From: Escherichia phage EJP2
Reading direction: 5' to 3' (one strand)
Sequence record: OQ411014.1
DNA length: 64,000 bases
Shown here: in pieces, positions 8,789 to 17,582 of the stretch
Position numbering within the stretch: the first letter of the stretch is position 1
Layout of the letters: each line of letters starts with the position of its first letter
Translations under genes and position numbers: made by a program
Notes under the pieces: generated by a model
What the model saw: the letters and a program-made list of their open reading frames with translations, nothing else
The model's database searches: none
What the model was told of the DNA's origin: nothing

Positions 8789-9309
8789 TGACTGCACTAA
8801 ATGATTTCATGACTCTCAGTACTGAAATAGTATCTTCTACAAAGGGAGAAATCACAATCCCCCGTGATGATGTATATATTATACTAACACCAGGAATAGC
8901 AGAGTCCATAAAAGTATACGAAAATAATGATTCTTTACAAGTACTGTACATGCCACAAGATTATCTTTTTGTAAATTCTGATTTTACTTTACATCAATTT
9001 CCTACGTATAGTAATTTTCAACAACGTTTCCCAAGTGATAAAACAAAAGAAATAAAATACGTACAGTACGATAATAGTTTTAAAAGTCGTACTCATTTTA
9101 TCGCTTTAGAAACTGAAGAAGATATATTCAATGCTATGATAGTACATTCATTTGATATAAACGCAGCACTAGAATTGATGAGTGTATTGACTGAAGTACC
9201 GGAAGATGTAACAGGTATTATTACTATAAGAACTAAGTACAATGAAGAATTGTTACTAAAGTGCAACAGTATGATGCGAGATTATATTAGTAATAAGGAA
9301 AACACATGA
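8788..9309 (+). CDS. FQAS-motif family member
   Basis: Start taken at TAATG overlap (MTALNDFMTL); motif EEDIFNAMIVHSFDINAALEL; close paralogue of 9306..9836. Confidence 0.7.
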   Translation: MTALNDFMTLSTEIVSSTKGEITIPRDDVYIILTPGIAESIKVYENNDSLQVLYMPQDYLFVNSDFTLHQFPTYSNFQQRFPSDKTKEIKYVQYDNSFKSRTHFIALETEEDIFNAMIVHSFDINAALELMSVLTEVPEDVTGIITIRTKYNEELLLKCNSMMRDYISNKENT

Positions 9310-9836
9310 CAGTACTGAATGATTTTCTTAGAGATAGTAAGTACATTATTGATAATATTGCTGAAGAAATATCTATACCATCAATGGATGAGTTGATGAT
9401 GATATCAATGGACCCTGATGGTGGGTTGGTAAAAGTATATTACGATTTTGAACTGCACGTAATGTTCATGAAAAATCATTATGAACACGCTTCTGATATG
9501 TTGACACTTTATGATTTTGGGACGCATAAAAATTACCAACAACGTTTACCAGCAAACAAATCAAAGGATATGAAACTAAGTGTTTACAATTCTGCTGGTG
9601 TTACTATTCCGACTAAGATTTCTCTTGGTTCTGAAGAGGGAATCTTTTCTGCGGAATTAGTACATGATTCCAGTACTGAAGAAGCACTTGAAGTTATGCA
9701 AGTAATTTCTGAAGTACCTGACAGTACCAAAGGAATACTTACTATAAGAAATAAGTACAACGAACGATTACTTATAAAATGTAATGTGTTATTAGAACAA
9801 TATATACATGGAGTACTGAATGCAAATATGGTATAA
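9306..9836 (+). CDS. FQAS-motif family member
   Basis: ATGA overlap; MTVLNDFLRD; motif EEGIFSAELVHDSSTEEALEV; tail ILTIRNKYNERLLIKCN matches IITIRTKYNEELLLKCN of the upstream gene. Confidence 0.7.
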   Translation: MTVLNDFLRDSKYIIDNIAEEISIPSMDELMMISMDPDGGLVKVYYDFELHVMFMKNHYEHASDMLTLYDFGTHKNYQQRLPANKSKDMKLSVYNSAGVTIPTKISLGSEEGIFSAELVHDSSTEEALEVMQVISEVPDSTKGILTIRNKYNERLLIKCNVLLEQYIHGVLNANMV

Positions 9837-10113
9837 TGTAGTACAGAAGGATTGGGATGATAATGAAAAGACAGGGATGCGTTTCATTTCTGTTATCATT
9901 TCGAATGAAACTCGTTATGTTCTACGAGCGGATAAGAATGATGGCGTATGGGAATCATCTTTGTATCCAATGGGTTACAAATATTCTTTAGATGATGTTG
10001 CAAGTCTAGCTGATTCTATGATAGACTCAGTAAAGATTATGAAGTTCCTTGAACGTCCAGAGCTAACAACGGCTGATGATGTACAGGAATTTTTGGCGAC
10101 TTTACAAGGGTAA
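9820..10113 (+). CDS. hypothetical protein (97 aa)
   Basis: ORF track; overlaps upstream gene end. Confidence 0.6.
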   Translation: MQIWYNVVQKDWDDNEKTGMRFISVIISNETRYVLRADKNDGVWESSLYPMGYKYSLDDVASLADSMIDSVKIMKFLERPELTTADDVQEFLATLQG

Positions 10114-10115
10114 TT

Positions 10116-10634
10116 ATGAAACTTTCTGACTTCATTGCACGCAAAGATTCGTTCAAAAATGGCGTTTTTCATCAAGTAGAAGGTACTGACTTTACATATA
10201 TCAGTACTAGTATTGGATTGGGAGAAGCATCGAGTATCGTATCTTTTTATACAAAAGAAACACTTGCTATATGTGATTTTGTATTTTCAACTAAACATTA
10301 TAATACCACAGACAATGCAATTATGTTCGATGCAAACTCAGTGAATGATGCTTGGTGTGTATATTTTTCTTATCCAAATACAAATGAAAATATAGTATTA
10401 TTCTTGGATGATTCAGAAGATAACGAGCCACCAGTACTGGTAGATATCTCATCAGAAGCGGATATCTTCACTAAAGCAGTAGCATTCGATATAAATTGTG
10501 ATGGTATTGAAGAGTACATTTCGATTTCCAAAGCAATCGAAAAAATTGCCAAGGATTTGGGATTACCGGAATTTACTCTAGAACTTCGTCACAATAAACT
10601 GAAGGAATTTCTTGAGATATTTGAACTATGCTAA
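10116..10634 (+). CDS. FQAS-motif family member
   Basis: MKLSDFIARK; motif EADIFTKAVAFDINCDGIEEY. Confidence 0.65.
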   Translation: MKLSDFIARKDSFKNGVFHQVEGTDFTYISTSIGLGEASSIVSFYTKETLAICDFVFSTKHYNTTDNAIMFDANSVNDAWCVYFSYPNTNENIVLFLDDSEDNEPPVLVDISSEADIFTKAVAFDINCDGIEEYISISKAIEKIAKDLGLPEFTLELRHNKLKEFLEIFELC

Positions 10635-10873
10635 TAATTGACAATTTAGACATACCTGGTGAATTCGAAGTACTCGAAGGGATTAGTATGAGTACGTTCG
10701 TAATAAAAAGTACTGAAGCGTGGGTGAAAAAACACTTGACTGAATTAGGGTTATCCGATACACTACACTTCTTTAGTTACAGTACTGGAGATTTAGTTTT
10801 AGAATCGACAAGAGCGAGGATTACGAGTTTAAGTTCTAAGCGATTTTATGTTGAATTTATGGAAGGAGAATGA
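10628..10873 (+). CDS. hypothetical protein (81 aa)
   Basis: ORF track; overlapping starts and stops on both sides. Confidence 0.55.
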   Translation: MLIIDNLDIPGEFEVLEGISMSTFVIKSTEAWVKKHLTELGLSDTLHFFSYSTGDLVLESTRARITSLSSKRFYVEFMEGE

Positions 10874-11442
10874 CAATGATCAATAGTAATACTTATATGC
10901 GTTACCTACGTATGGGCGTTTCTTTAGTTCCAGTTCGTGGAAAAGATTCAGTAGACCAAGAGTTCGCATATGCGATGCCTATTGATGGTGTACAGTACGT
11001 ACTGAACGATGGTGGTATGTACGAAGATACAAATGAGTCCGAAGACATGTCTGATATGCTTCAGAACTTATTAGCAGTAGTCAATAGTGACCGTCATGAT
11101 AAAGTAAAACGCGTTACTACGTTCCTGGAAAAGAATCTACACAAAACTGTTTGGTGTGAGATTGCTTCTGGACCACAACTGGGTTTGCTATTCGGGAACG
11201 CAGATGGTACAATTTGTCAATTAGCGATGGATTTCCGTTCTCCAGAGCAGTTCCAAGAGTACCGTGCATCTATCATCGAACACTTTGCAGCACTCGGTCT
11301 TGACGAATCTAAGATTCCAGAAATTAGTCCAATGGATACATTTGTACTGATTCCTGAGAGTCCAGCATTCGAAGCACTATTCAGTACTTTCCAGTGCTTA
11401 GGGATTGAAGTAAGTCCAGCAGATGTAGATGATGAAGAATAA
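10870..11442 (+). CDS. acidic hypothetical protein (190 aa)
   Basis: ORF track; ATGA overlap. Confidence 0.65.
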   Translation: MTMINSNTYMRYLRMGVSLVPVRGKDSVDQEFAYAMPIDGVQYVLNDGGMYEDTNESEDMSDMLQNLLAVVNSDRHDKVKRVTTFLEKNLHKTVWCEIASGPQLGLLFGNADGTICQLAMDFRSPEQFQEYRASIIEHFAALGLDESKIPEISPMDTFVLIPESPAFEALFSTFQCLGIEVSPADVDDEE

Positions 11443-11520
11443 TTAGTACTGTATATGTATACACCTTTACGATAAAGTCTTAAATATCTGAAGGTGTATA
11501 TTGTCATAGGAGGAAAAGTT

Positions 11521-11724
11521 ATGAAATATTCATTGATTCGTTTAGGATTATTTGTTACAGTAGTCTTAATGGTTGTGATTGGTTCAGTACTGACACAGTT
11601 ATACCCTGCGTTTATTTTACTCGCTGGGATTTTTGGTTCAGTACTGATTGGGCTGGTGGGTTGGGCTTTGCAGCTTACCATCGATGCGGAATTAGAAAAG
11701 AGGATTAAAGATAAAGATGAATGA
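11521..11724 (+). CDS. small membrane protein (67 aa)
   Basis: AGGAGG RBS before ATG 11521; two hydrophobic helices. Confidence 0.65.
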   Translation: MKYSLIRLGLFVTVVLMVVIGSVLTQLYPAFILLAGIFGSVLIGLVGWALQLTIDAELEKRIKDKDE

Positions 11725-11890
11725 TAAAGGTGAAGAGGAAGTCTTCTGTACTGCGTGCAATCTGTACGTACAACCTGAATACAGTTCGTACTCATGTATT
11801 TCACAGTACGGTTCATCAGTGTTCTGTAAAGAACTCTGTCCTATTTGTTATAAACAATTTCGGGAATTTTTAGTCGATGCAGACATTTGA
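11717..11890 (+). CDS. small zinc-ribbon protein, 57 aa (below ORF-track cutoff), TRASH/FCS-like C-x2-C-x22-C-x3-C
   Basis: MNDKGEEEVFCTACNLYVQPEYSSYSCISQYGSSVFCKELCPICYKQFREFLVDADI; fills an otherwise unexplained gap; overlaps both neighbours by a few nt. Confidence 0.5.
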   Translation: MNDKGEEEVFCTACNLYVQPEYSSYSCISQYGSSVFCKELCPICYKQFREFLVDADI

Positions 11891-12566
11891 TAATTCAATC
11901 AACATCAGTACTGAACTATTAAAAGTACTAAAAGTGATTTATAGTTTCAGTACTGAAGAGTTGTTGAAAGTACTACCAGAGAGTGTATCTAAACGAGAAA
12001 ACGAATATAAGTGCGTTTTTGATATACAACAAGATGTACAATTTCAAGTTCAAATTAACTACAAAGACGATTTGAATTATCGCAGTACTAATATTTCCAT
12101 TCTTGATGTGCGTCGCGGCGTAACAATGAATGGGACAATTCCATGTATCTTAGCTTTAGGTACATACGCAGCGAATAAATCAGAACCATCTATCATTTGT
12201 AACTACTCCCAAAGTAAAGAATTTATGGTTCGATATCATTCATTGACCGAAAATCCTGCTTATACAAATGTCAGTACTGATGGCAATTCACTTAGAATGA
12301 ATCGAATCAAGTACTACGAGATTGATGATATTTTTGATGAAGGTGCAGTATTCCAACATTCAATTATGCATGAGTTCGACCCTAATAGTATTCTGTTATT
12401 ACAGAAGATGGTCACTGTTGGGGATTACATCAGTACTAAATGTAATTCCAATAAAATCCTTGTCTCGGCTGATGAAGATAAGTTAGATGGTCTGTTGGAT
12501 TCACTTCTAAAGATTGATGTTGTTAGTAAATTCATTTCCTTATATGAAGGTACAGAATGGTCATAG
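11877..12566 (+). CDS. FQAS-motif family member
   Basis: Motif EGAVFQHSIMHEFDPNSILLL. Confidence 0.7.
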   Translation: MQTFDNSINISTELLKVLKVIYSFSTEELLKVLPESVSKRENEYKCVFDIQQDVQFQVQINYKDDLNYRSTNISILDVRRGVTMNGTIPCILALGTYAANKSEPSIICNYSQSKEFMVRYHSLTENPAYTNVSTDGNSLRMNRIKYYEIDDIFDEGAVFQHSIMHEFDPNSILLLQKMVTVGDYISTKCNSNKILVSADEDKLDGLLDSLLKIDVVSKFISLYEGTEWS

Positions 12567-13180
12567 CCAATAAAGGTTTAGAAATCATTGAAATTGCACC
12601 GGATGAAGTTCAAATGGAAGTTGAAGTAATGTATCCGTGCAACATTGAACAGTACTGCAAACAGGGATTACAGTACTTAGAAGAAATGCAAGTACTACTT
12701 GATTCTCCTGATTGTATCGATAATTATACCAAATACACAACTGTAACCAGAACTACACCAGAATTGGAATTGATTGGTATTCGATATTGCAACACACGTC
12801 TCCCATCAATTATTACTACAGTTAAATTTACTGAAGTAATGTTGCTGGAAACATTTAGATGGCCTAAAACGTTACAAAGTCATTTCAATTCAATACGTTT
12901 TGGTGAAGATGAATACATTATCATGTGTGAAGATCCTAAGTCCTACAAATATGTAGTGATGGTCGAGCAAGATGAAGTATGCACAATTGAAGATATCAGA
13001 GACGAAAGTTCTTTATTTCAGGCTTCATTAGTTTCTGAATTAGATCCGTGTATACAGGAGTATCTCATCAAACATCACGAACTGTACTTGCGTGCAATTA
13101 GTAATGAGAACAAAGAGATTACTACTCTATGTACTACTCTGGCAGGTGGTGATTACTACGCAGAGAGGCAGTACTTATGA
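12557..13180 (+). CDS. FQAS-motif family member
   Basis: Motif ESSLFQASLVSELDPCIQEYL. Confidence 0.7.
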   Translation: MVIANKGLEIIEIAPDEVQMEVEVMYPCNIEQYCKQGLQYLEEMQVLLDSPDCIDNYTKYTTVTRTTPELELIGIRYCNTRLPSIITTVKFTEVMLLETFRWPKTLQSHFNSIRFGEDEYIIMCEDPKSYKYVVMVEQDEVCTIEDIRDESSLFQASLVSELDPCIQEYLIKHHELYLRAISNENKEITTLCTTLAGGDYYAERQYL

Positions 13181-13716
13181 ATGCCTTAGAACATATTGTA
13201 AAATACTTCAGTACTGCACAACCTAATGGGTATGCGTTGTTTCATGCAATGTTTCATTATGAACGAGAACCACTAGCAATTGAGCGTTATTATCAAAACG
13301 AGAAAACGCACTTCTTGATTCATGTTCGGGTCGGTTCAAAGATTGAAACTCTAAAAATGTACTATAATCACAAAGAATATCCGAAGAAAATTATAATGAT
13401 TCAATCGTCACCTACAAATAGTTTTATACATTTGATGAGTAATTATAAGACACAATTTTTAGATGATGCCAATAGTAATGTGTGTATTATGGGCGTTGAG
13501 GGAAAGGAATATAACTTCAATGCATTTGATGAATGTGCATTATTCCAGGCCAGTACTGTATGTGATATTGATGTGGATTTCATTTCAAAATCTATGTTGA
13601 CATTACAGAATATTTCGGATAGTATTAGTAGTGTTGTTACCTTACAAGGAACCAAAGGTGTAATCGATGAACTTTGTAATCTCAGGATTGATTCGATTAT
13701 GCGATTAGCTTCATAG
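13177..13716 (+). CDS. FQAS-motif family member
   Basis: ATGA overlap; motif ECALFQASTVCDIDVDFISKS. Confidence 0.7.
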   Translation: MNALEHIVKYFSTAQPNGYALFHAMFHYEREPLAIERYYQNEKTHFLIHVRVGSKIETLKMYYNHKEYPKKIIMIQSSPTNSFIHLMSNYKTQFLDDANSNVCIMGVEGKEYNFNAFDECALFQASTVCDIDVDFISKSMLTLQNISDSISSVVTLQGTKGVIDELCNLRIDSIMRLAS

Positions 13717-13771
13717 TAATAGATTCAAAAAAATTTATAAAAGTGCAAATAATCACAAGGAGTGTGAATAT

Positions 13772-14506
13772 ATGTTAGATCGTATAAAATTTGCCCAGGA
13801 GATGGCGAATGAGCTAAACAAATCAAATTTCCAAACTGTATCACCTATTATGGCTGAGTATGCTACTGCATATGCAACAGATGGAGTTCAGTGTGGACAG
13901 GCGAATATGTTAGCGGACGTGTACAGTACTGTGCAGAGTAAGCAATTCTCTGTTAAGACGTACAAAGATAAATTCGTATCTTCATTCATGAAGGGTGAGA
14001 TTGCAGAAGATCGTGAGTTCACAGATCCTATCATTGAGCGTAGGATTTCTGGGGTGGCGAATCCGAATGCTGATCCATCGTTAGTCTTTGAGGAAGTACT
14101 GAATGATATTCGAGACAATGAACGCAGAAGTCTAAACCACTACGGTATTAATTCCACTGGAACAGTACTGTTAGGATTCAGCGAAGATGATGATTATTTT
14201 TACTTTCGTCTAACTGAATATGATTATGTGTATGATGCTCCCGCTTCAGTACAAGAGAAGACCTTCACAGAACGTAGTAAAAACTACCTAAAACATACAG
14301 GAAATCGTTGCGGAATCGAATGCTACAACACTGAAGGTGTTATGGTGTACGAATGGGTTCACCCGAACAATCAGGCTTATACACGCTGTCTGAAGAAGCG
14401 GTACGACCTACGTGATGCTGATTCTATGTATTTCAAAATCAAGAAGCAGAAGTACACCAGACCTGATGATAATGCATTGTTGGATATGGTTAGTATTCAC
14501 TTCTAA
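13772..14506 (+). CDS. hypothetical protein (244 aa)
   Basis: ORF track; AAGGAG RBS. Confidence 0.7.
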   Translation: MLDRIKFAQEMANELNKSNFQTVSPIMAEYATAYATDGVQCGQANMLADVYSTVQSKQFSVKTYKDKFVSSFMKGEIAEDREFTDPIIERRISGVANPNADPSLVFEEVLNDIRDNERRSLNHYGINSTGTVLLGFSEDDDYFYFRLTEYDYVYDAPASVQEKTFTERSKNYLKHTGNRCGIECYNTEGVMVYEWVHPNNQAYTRCLKKRYDLRDADSMYFKIKKQKYTRPDDNALLDMVSIHF

Positions 14507-14515
14507 ATCAATTAT

Positions 14516-14546
14516 GCAGTACTGCGATTGTAGTACTGCTTTTTTC
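14516..14546 (+). terminator. intrinsic terminator built from two AGTACT motifs
   Basis: GCAGTACT-gcgattgt-AGTACTGC followed by TTTTTTC. Confidence 0.75.
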
Positions 14547-14556
14547 TGGAGATGCT

Positions 14557-15111
14557 ATGAATAATCTTGAGTTCGTTAAACACTTGGCTAATAAAGTTGA
14601 TACAATCGCACAGAAACATATTGACACTCAAAGTTCAATACCTATAAAATTAGCGATTCCTCATGATAATATGGAACTGTTCGATAGATTCTTTTCTGTT
14701 CGAGGCCGCCACGATAAAGATAGATATCTTTTACTCGACACTGACCGGAATGCTTTTCAGTACTCAACACCTACGTTTCCTGGAATTTTCATGAAAGTGT
14801 CTGATGGATTGTACCTTACGTACTCACCACCAGATATATCACAGACTATGATTGGATTGGATTCTAGGGTATTACTATTTCAGCCACGCAATCCAAGTGA
14901 TGTATATGATCCGTATGAATTCTTGACTGAAGAAATGCACTTCCAGGCATCTACAGTACTGGATATTCCGAGCATAGAAACTCTAAGAGAAATGCTTGAT
15001 ATTGTTGAGTTTTTGATTGAAAGTGAATTCAAATTTAGATGTTCAATGGACTACGATGATTACCAGAGTATTCAGATTGGTCGTTTTTATAATTACGCAA
15101 TGCAGGAATAA
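14557..15111 (+). CDS. FQAS-motif family member
   Basis: MNNLEFVKHL; motif EEMHFQASTVLDIPSIETLRE. Confidence 0.7.
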   Translation: MNNLEFVKHLANKVDTIAQKHIDTQSSIPIKLAIPHDNMELFDRFFSVRGRHDKDRYLLLDTDRNAFQYSTPTFPGIFMKVSDGLYLTYSPPDISQTMIGLDSRVLLFQPRNPSDVYDPYEFLTEEMHFQASTVLDIPSIETLREMLDIVEFLIESEFKFRCSMDYDDYQSIQIGRFYNYAMQE

Positions 15112-15115
15112 CCAA

Positions 15116-15727
15116 ATGAAGAATCTAGATAAATTTGAAGACCTTATCAGTACTGCAAAAGCGTTCGGGTATTATAATTTCATCCAACGCTTTGGCCTCA
15201 AAGAAGAAAGTAACCGTTTCTGTAAAGTATATCGTGGTATCTGTACTGAAGATTCGGAGTATCAGTTCTTGATTGGAACTATGCGTTCTAGTGGTGGGAT
15301 TACATACATCGTTGAAGATAATAAAACAGGTGAGTACTTGAACATGTTCGCTCTTCGGGCAGAAGGTGAATCTGAACTTACTGCGATGTTTAAAGACTGG
15401 ACACGACTATCATACAAATACGATAAGTTCAACATCTACAACTACGAAACCAAGAAGATGGAAGTTGTACCGAACATTGACATGTCTGAAGATGAACATT
15501 TTCAGTTCATGCTATTGCATGATATTCCAGATTATGATACAGTACAGTCAGTACTGAAATATCATAAAGAAGTTTCACCAATGCTCAAAGAACATAAGCT
15601 ATTCAATATCATCACGTACACGATGCCTGATTTTGATTTCACAAAGATGAAAATCAAACCTGAAGTAATTGACACGTGTATGGATTTGATACCTGAATCA
15701 TCTTTATACAAACACAAGGATATATAA
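15116..15727 (+). CDS. FQAS-motif family member
   Basis: Start moved to ATG 15116 (MKNLDKFEDL, AGGA RBS) because the ORF-track start 15017 lies inside the upstream gene; motif EDEHFQFMLLHDIPDYDTVQS. Confidence 0.7.
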   Translation: MKNLDKFEDLISTAKAFGYYNFIQRFGLKEESNRFCKVYRGICTEDSEYQFLIGTMRSSGGITYIVEDNKTGEYLNMFALRAEGESELTAMFKDWTRLSYKYDKFNIYNYETKKMEVVPNIDMSEDEHFQFMLLHDIPDYDTVQSVLKYHKEVSPMLKEHKLFNIITYTMPDFDFTKMKIKPEVIDTCMDLIPESSLYKHKDI

Positions 15728-16866
15728 TGACTACAATGCGTGAACTATATGACGATTTGAATGCATTAGTATCTGATGCTTTCTATCACAAAGATTTCGT
15801 TAGTAAAGGCTCTGGTACGTACCGGATTTTCTCGTACCGTCTAGCGAGTGCTGCTGACTTCGAAGAACGTAATGCCCTTGAGTCACGTGGTATTATGTTC
15901 GAGATTGATGCAGATACTAAAGAGCCAATTCGTATTGCTTCTCGGACTATGAAGAAGTTTTTCAATGCAGGGGAAACCCAAGAATTACAGTTCAAGAAGG
16001 ACGTACCATTCAGTACTATCAAGTGCGTAATGCCTAAGTTGGATGGTTCTGTTATTGCAACCTTCATGGACAATGATGGAATTATTCGTACTAAATCAAA
16101 CTCTTCGTTGGAGTCTGAGCACGCGTATTACAGTACTGAAATGATTCACGCCAATGATAAGTTACACGATGCAATCATTTGTGCTGAAGCTGCTGGTTAT
16201 ACTGTAATTATGGAATTTACTTCACCTGAGTACCGGATTATTCTTCCTTACCAGAAAGATGAACTAACTGTATTGCGTATCATTCATCGTGAAAGTGGTG
16301 AAAGCATTATGGGTTCTGACTTGAAGGAGAAGTTCCCAGTACTGTATGAGTTTTCGGTATTTGGTGATAAAGACATTCATGAATCATTCCCTGTTCGCAG
16401 TACTTTAGTACAGAGTATTGCTGCTGTTCGTGAAATGGAAGAGATTGAGGGATATGTTGTAGTACTACAAGATGGCACTACATTCAAGCTCAAGACGGAT
16501 TGGTATTGCAATTTACATTTTACCAAAGATAGTATTATCATTGATTCTCGACTATTCAAGGCAGTACTGGATGGTAGTTCAGATGATTTACGTCAATTGT
16601 TTGAAAATGATGAATATGCACTAAAAAAAGTCGAAAAAATGGAAAATTTGATTTTTTTGTGCTATAATAAGTTAGAAGAGGATGTGACTACTTTTTACGA
16701 AAAGTACAAGCACCTTGATCAAAAAACGTATGCTATGAAGGTGTTGGGTGAATTATCGAAAGATATGAACCGACAAGGACTTGCATTCAACTTGTACAAT
16801 GGTAAACCTGTTGATTACAAAGAAGTACTACTAAAGTACATGAAGAACGTGTTAGAAGGATTCTGA
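15727..16866 (+). CDS. rnlA: RNA ligase 1 (T4 RnlA-like)
   Basis: N-terminus GTYRIFSYRLAS...RGIMFEID...PIRIASRTMKKFFN parallels T4 Rnl1; nucleotidyl-transfer motif I KLDGS; about 379 aa, as in T4 Rnl1. Confidence 0.9.
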   Translation: MTTMRELYDDLNALVSDAFYHKDFVSKGSGTYRIFSYRLASAADFEERNALESRGIMFEIDADTKEPIRIASRTMKKFFNAGETQELQFKKDVPFSTIKCVMPKLDGSVIATFMDNDGIIRTKSNSSLESEHAYYSTEMIHANDKLHDAIICAEAAGYTVIMEFTSPEYRIILPYQKDELTVLRIIHRESGESIMGSDLKEKFPVLYEFSVFGDKDIHESFPVRSTLVQSIAAVREMEEIEGYVVVLQDGTTFKLKTDWYCNLHFTKDSIIIDSRLFKAVLDGSSDDLRQLFENDEYALKKVEKMENLIFLCYNKLEEDVTTFYEKYKHLDQKTYAMKVLGELSKDMNRQGLAFNLYNGKPVDYKEVLLKYMKNVLEGF

Positions 16867-16895
16867 CATAGTAATAGCTGAACAGGGAGTAGTTC

Positions 16896-17135
16896 ATGGC
16901 TAACAAACCGAAGTACCAATTGAAGAAGGGTGAAGTACGTACACCGGAAGAGCAGAGAAGGATTTTAGAAGAAATCGATTCTTTACAGCATGAACGCTCC
17001 CGCAAAGGAGTTAAGAAAAGTGCTAAGAGGATTGCAAACACATTTGGAGTCTCAAGTACTGCATATAAAAAGGAACGTAAGCCCAAAAAGAAAAGAGACA
17101 GAATATACGATATAGGAAGATATGCTCGTGAATGA
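16896..17135 (+). CDS. small basic protein, possible HTH DNA-binding
   Basis: K/R-rich; SAKRIANTFGVSSTAYKK resembles a helix-turn-helix. Confidence 0.55.
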   Translation: MANKPKYQLKKGEVRTPEEQRRILEEIDSLQHERSRKGVKKSAKRIANTFGVSSTAYKKERKPKKKRDRIYDIGRYARE

Positions 17136-17343
17136 TACAGTTATTCTTGAAACAGTAATGTATAAAGATAAAACTTATTATGCGGTGACTAACATATCCA
17201 GTGCTCAACGCACTAAGTACGTTCAACAACTAAAGGCAGTAGGTGATACTGTCTTTGTTATTGACAATTTGTTATTCATTGATGAAATGGGTTTATTCAA
17301 TATTAGTTTATTCGACACAGAAACAGCATTTTCAATTCGCTAA
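17122..17343 (+). CDS. hypothetical protein (73 aa)
   Basis: ORF track; overlaps upstream end. Confidence 0.55.
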   Translation: MLVNDTVILETVMYKDKTYYAVTNISSAQRTKYVQQLKAVGDTVFVIDNLLFIDEMGLFNISLFDTETAFSIR

Positions 17344-17360
17344 CAACTAGGAGATATATC

Positions 17361-17582
17361 ATGAAAGTTCAAATTATGCATAGTGTTGTCCAGGACATGT
17401 CTGTGGTGAAGTTTAGTACTCTAAGTGATTATTTCCGTTGTATCGAATTTATGGATACTAACGGTATACTGTGGGAACCAGTGAAGTACAGTTCCAGAAA
17501 CGATACCGCTAGTATTCGCGTTGATGAGGTAGCGTTGAATAAAATTTGTAAACGATATGGAGTTCAGAAATGCCTAAACTAG
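17361..17582 (+). CDS. hypothetical protein (73 aa)
   Basis: ORF track; GGAG RBS. Confidence 0.6.
   Translation: MKVQIMHSVVQDMSVVKFSTLSDYFRCIEFMDTNGILWEPVKYSSRNDTASIRVDEVALNKICKRYGVQKCLN

Noticed and set aside
11217-11816. Long minus-strand track ORFs overlapping plus-strand genes (199 aa at 11217-11816; also 22898-23461 at 187 aa, 37876-38448 at 190 aa, 51938-52306 at 122 aa, and many of 60-100 aa)
   Set aside because: They are antisense shadows of well-supported plus-strand genes (DNA ligase, PhoH, tail fibre and others). They have no RBS, low-complexity or odd composition, and would require extensive gene overlap in a genome that is otherwise strictly co-directional.
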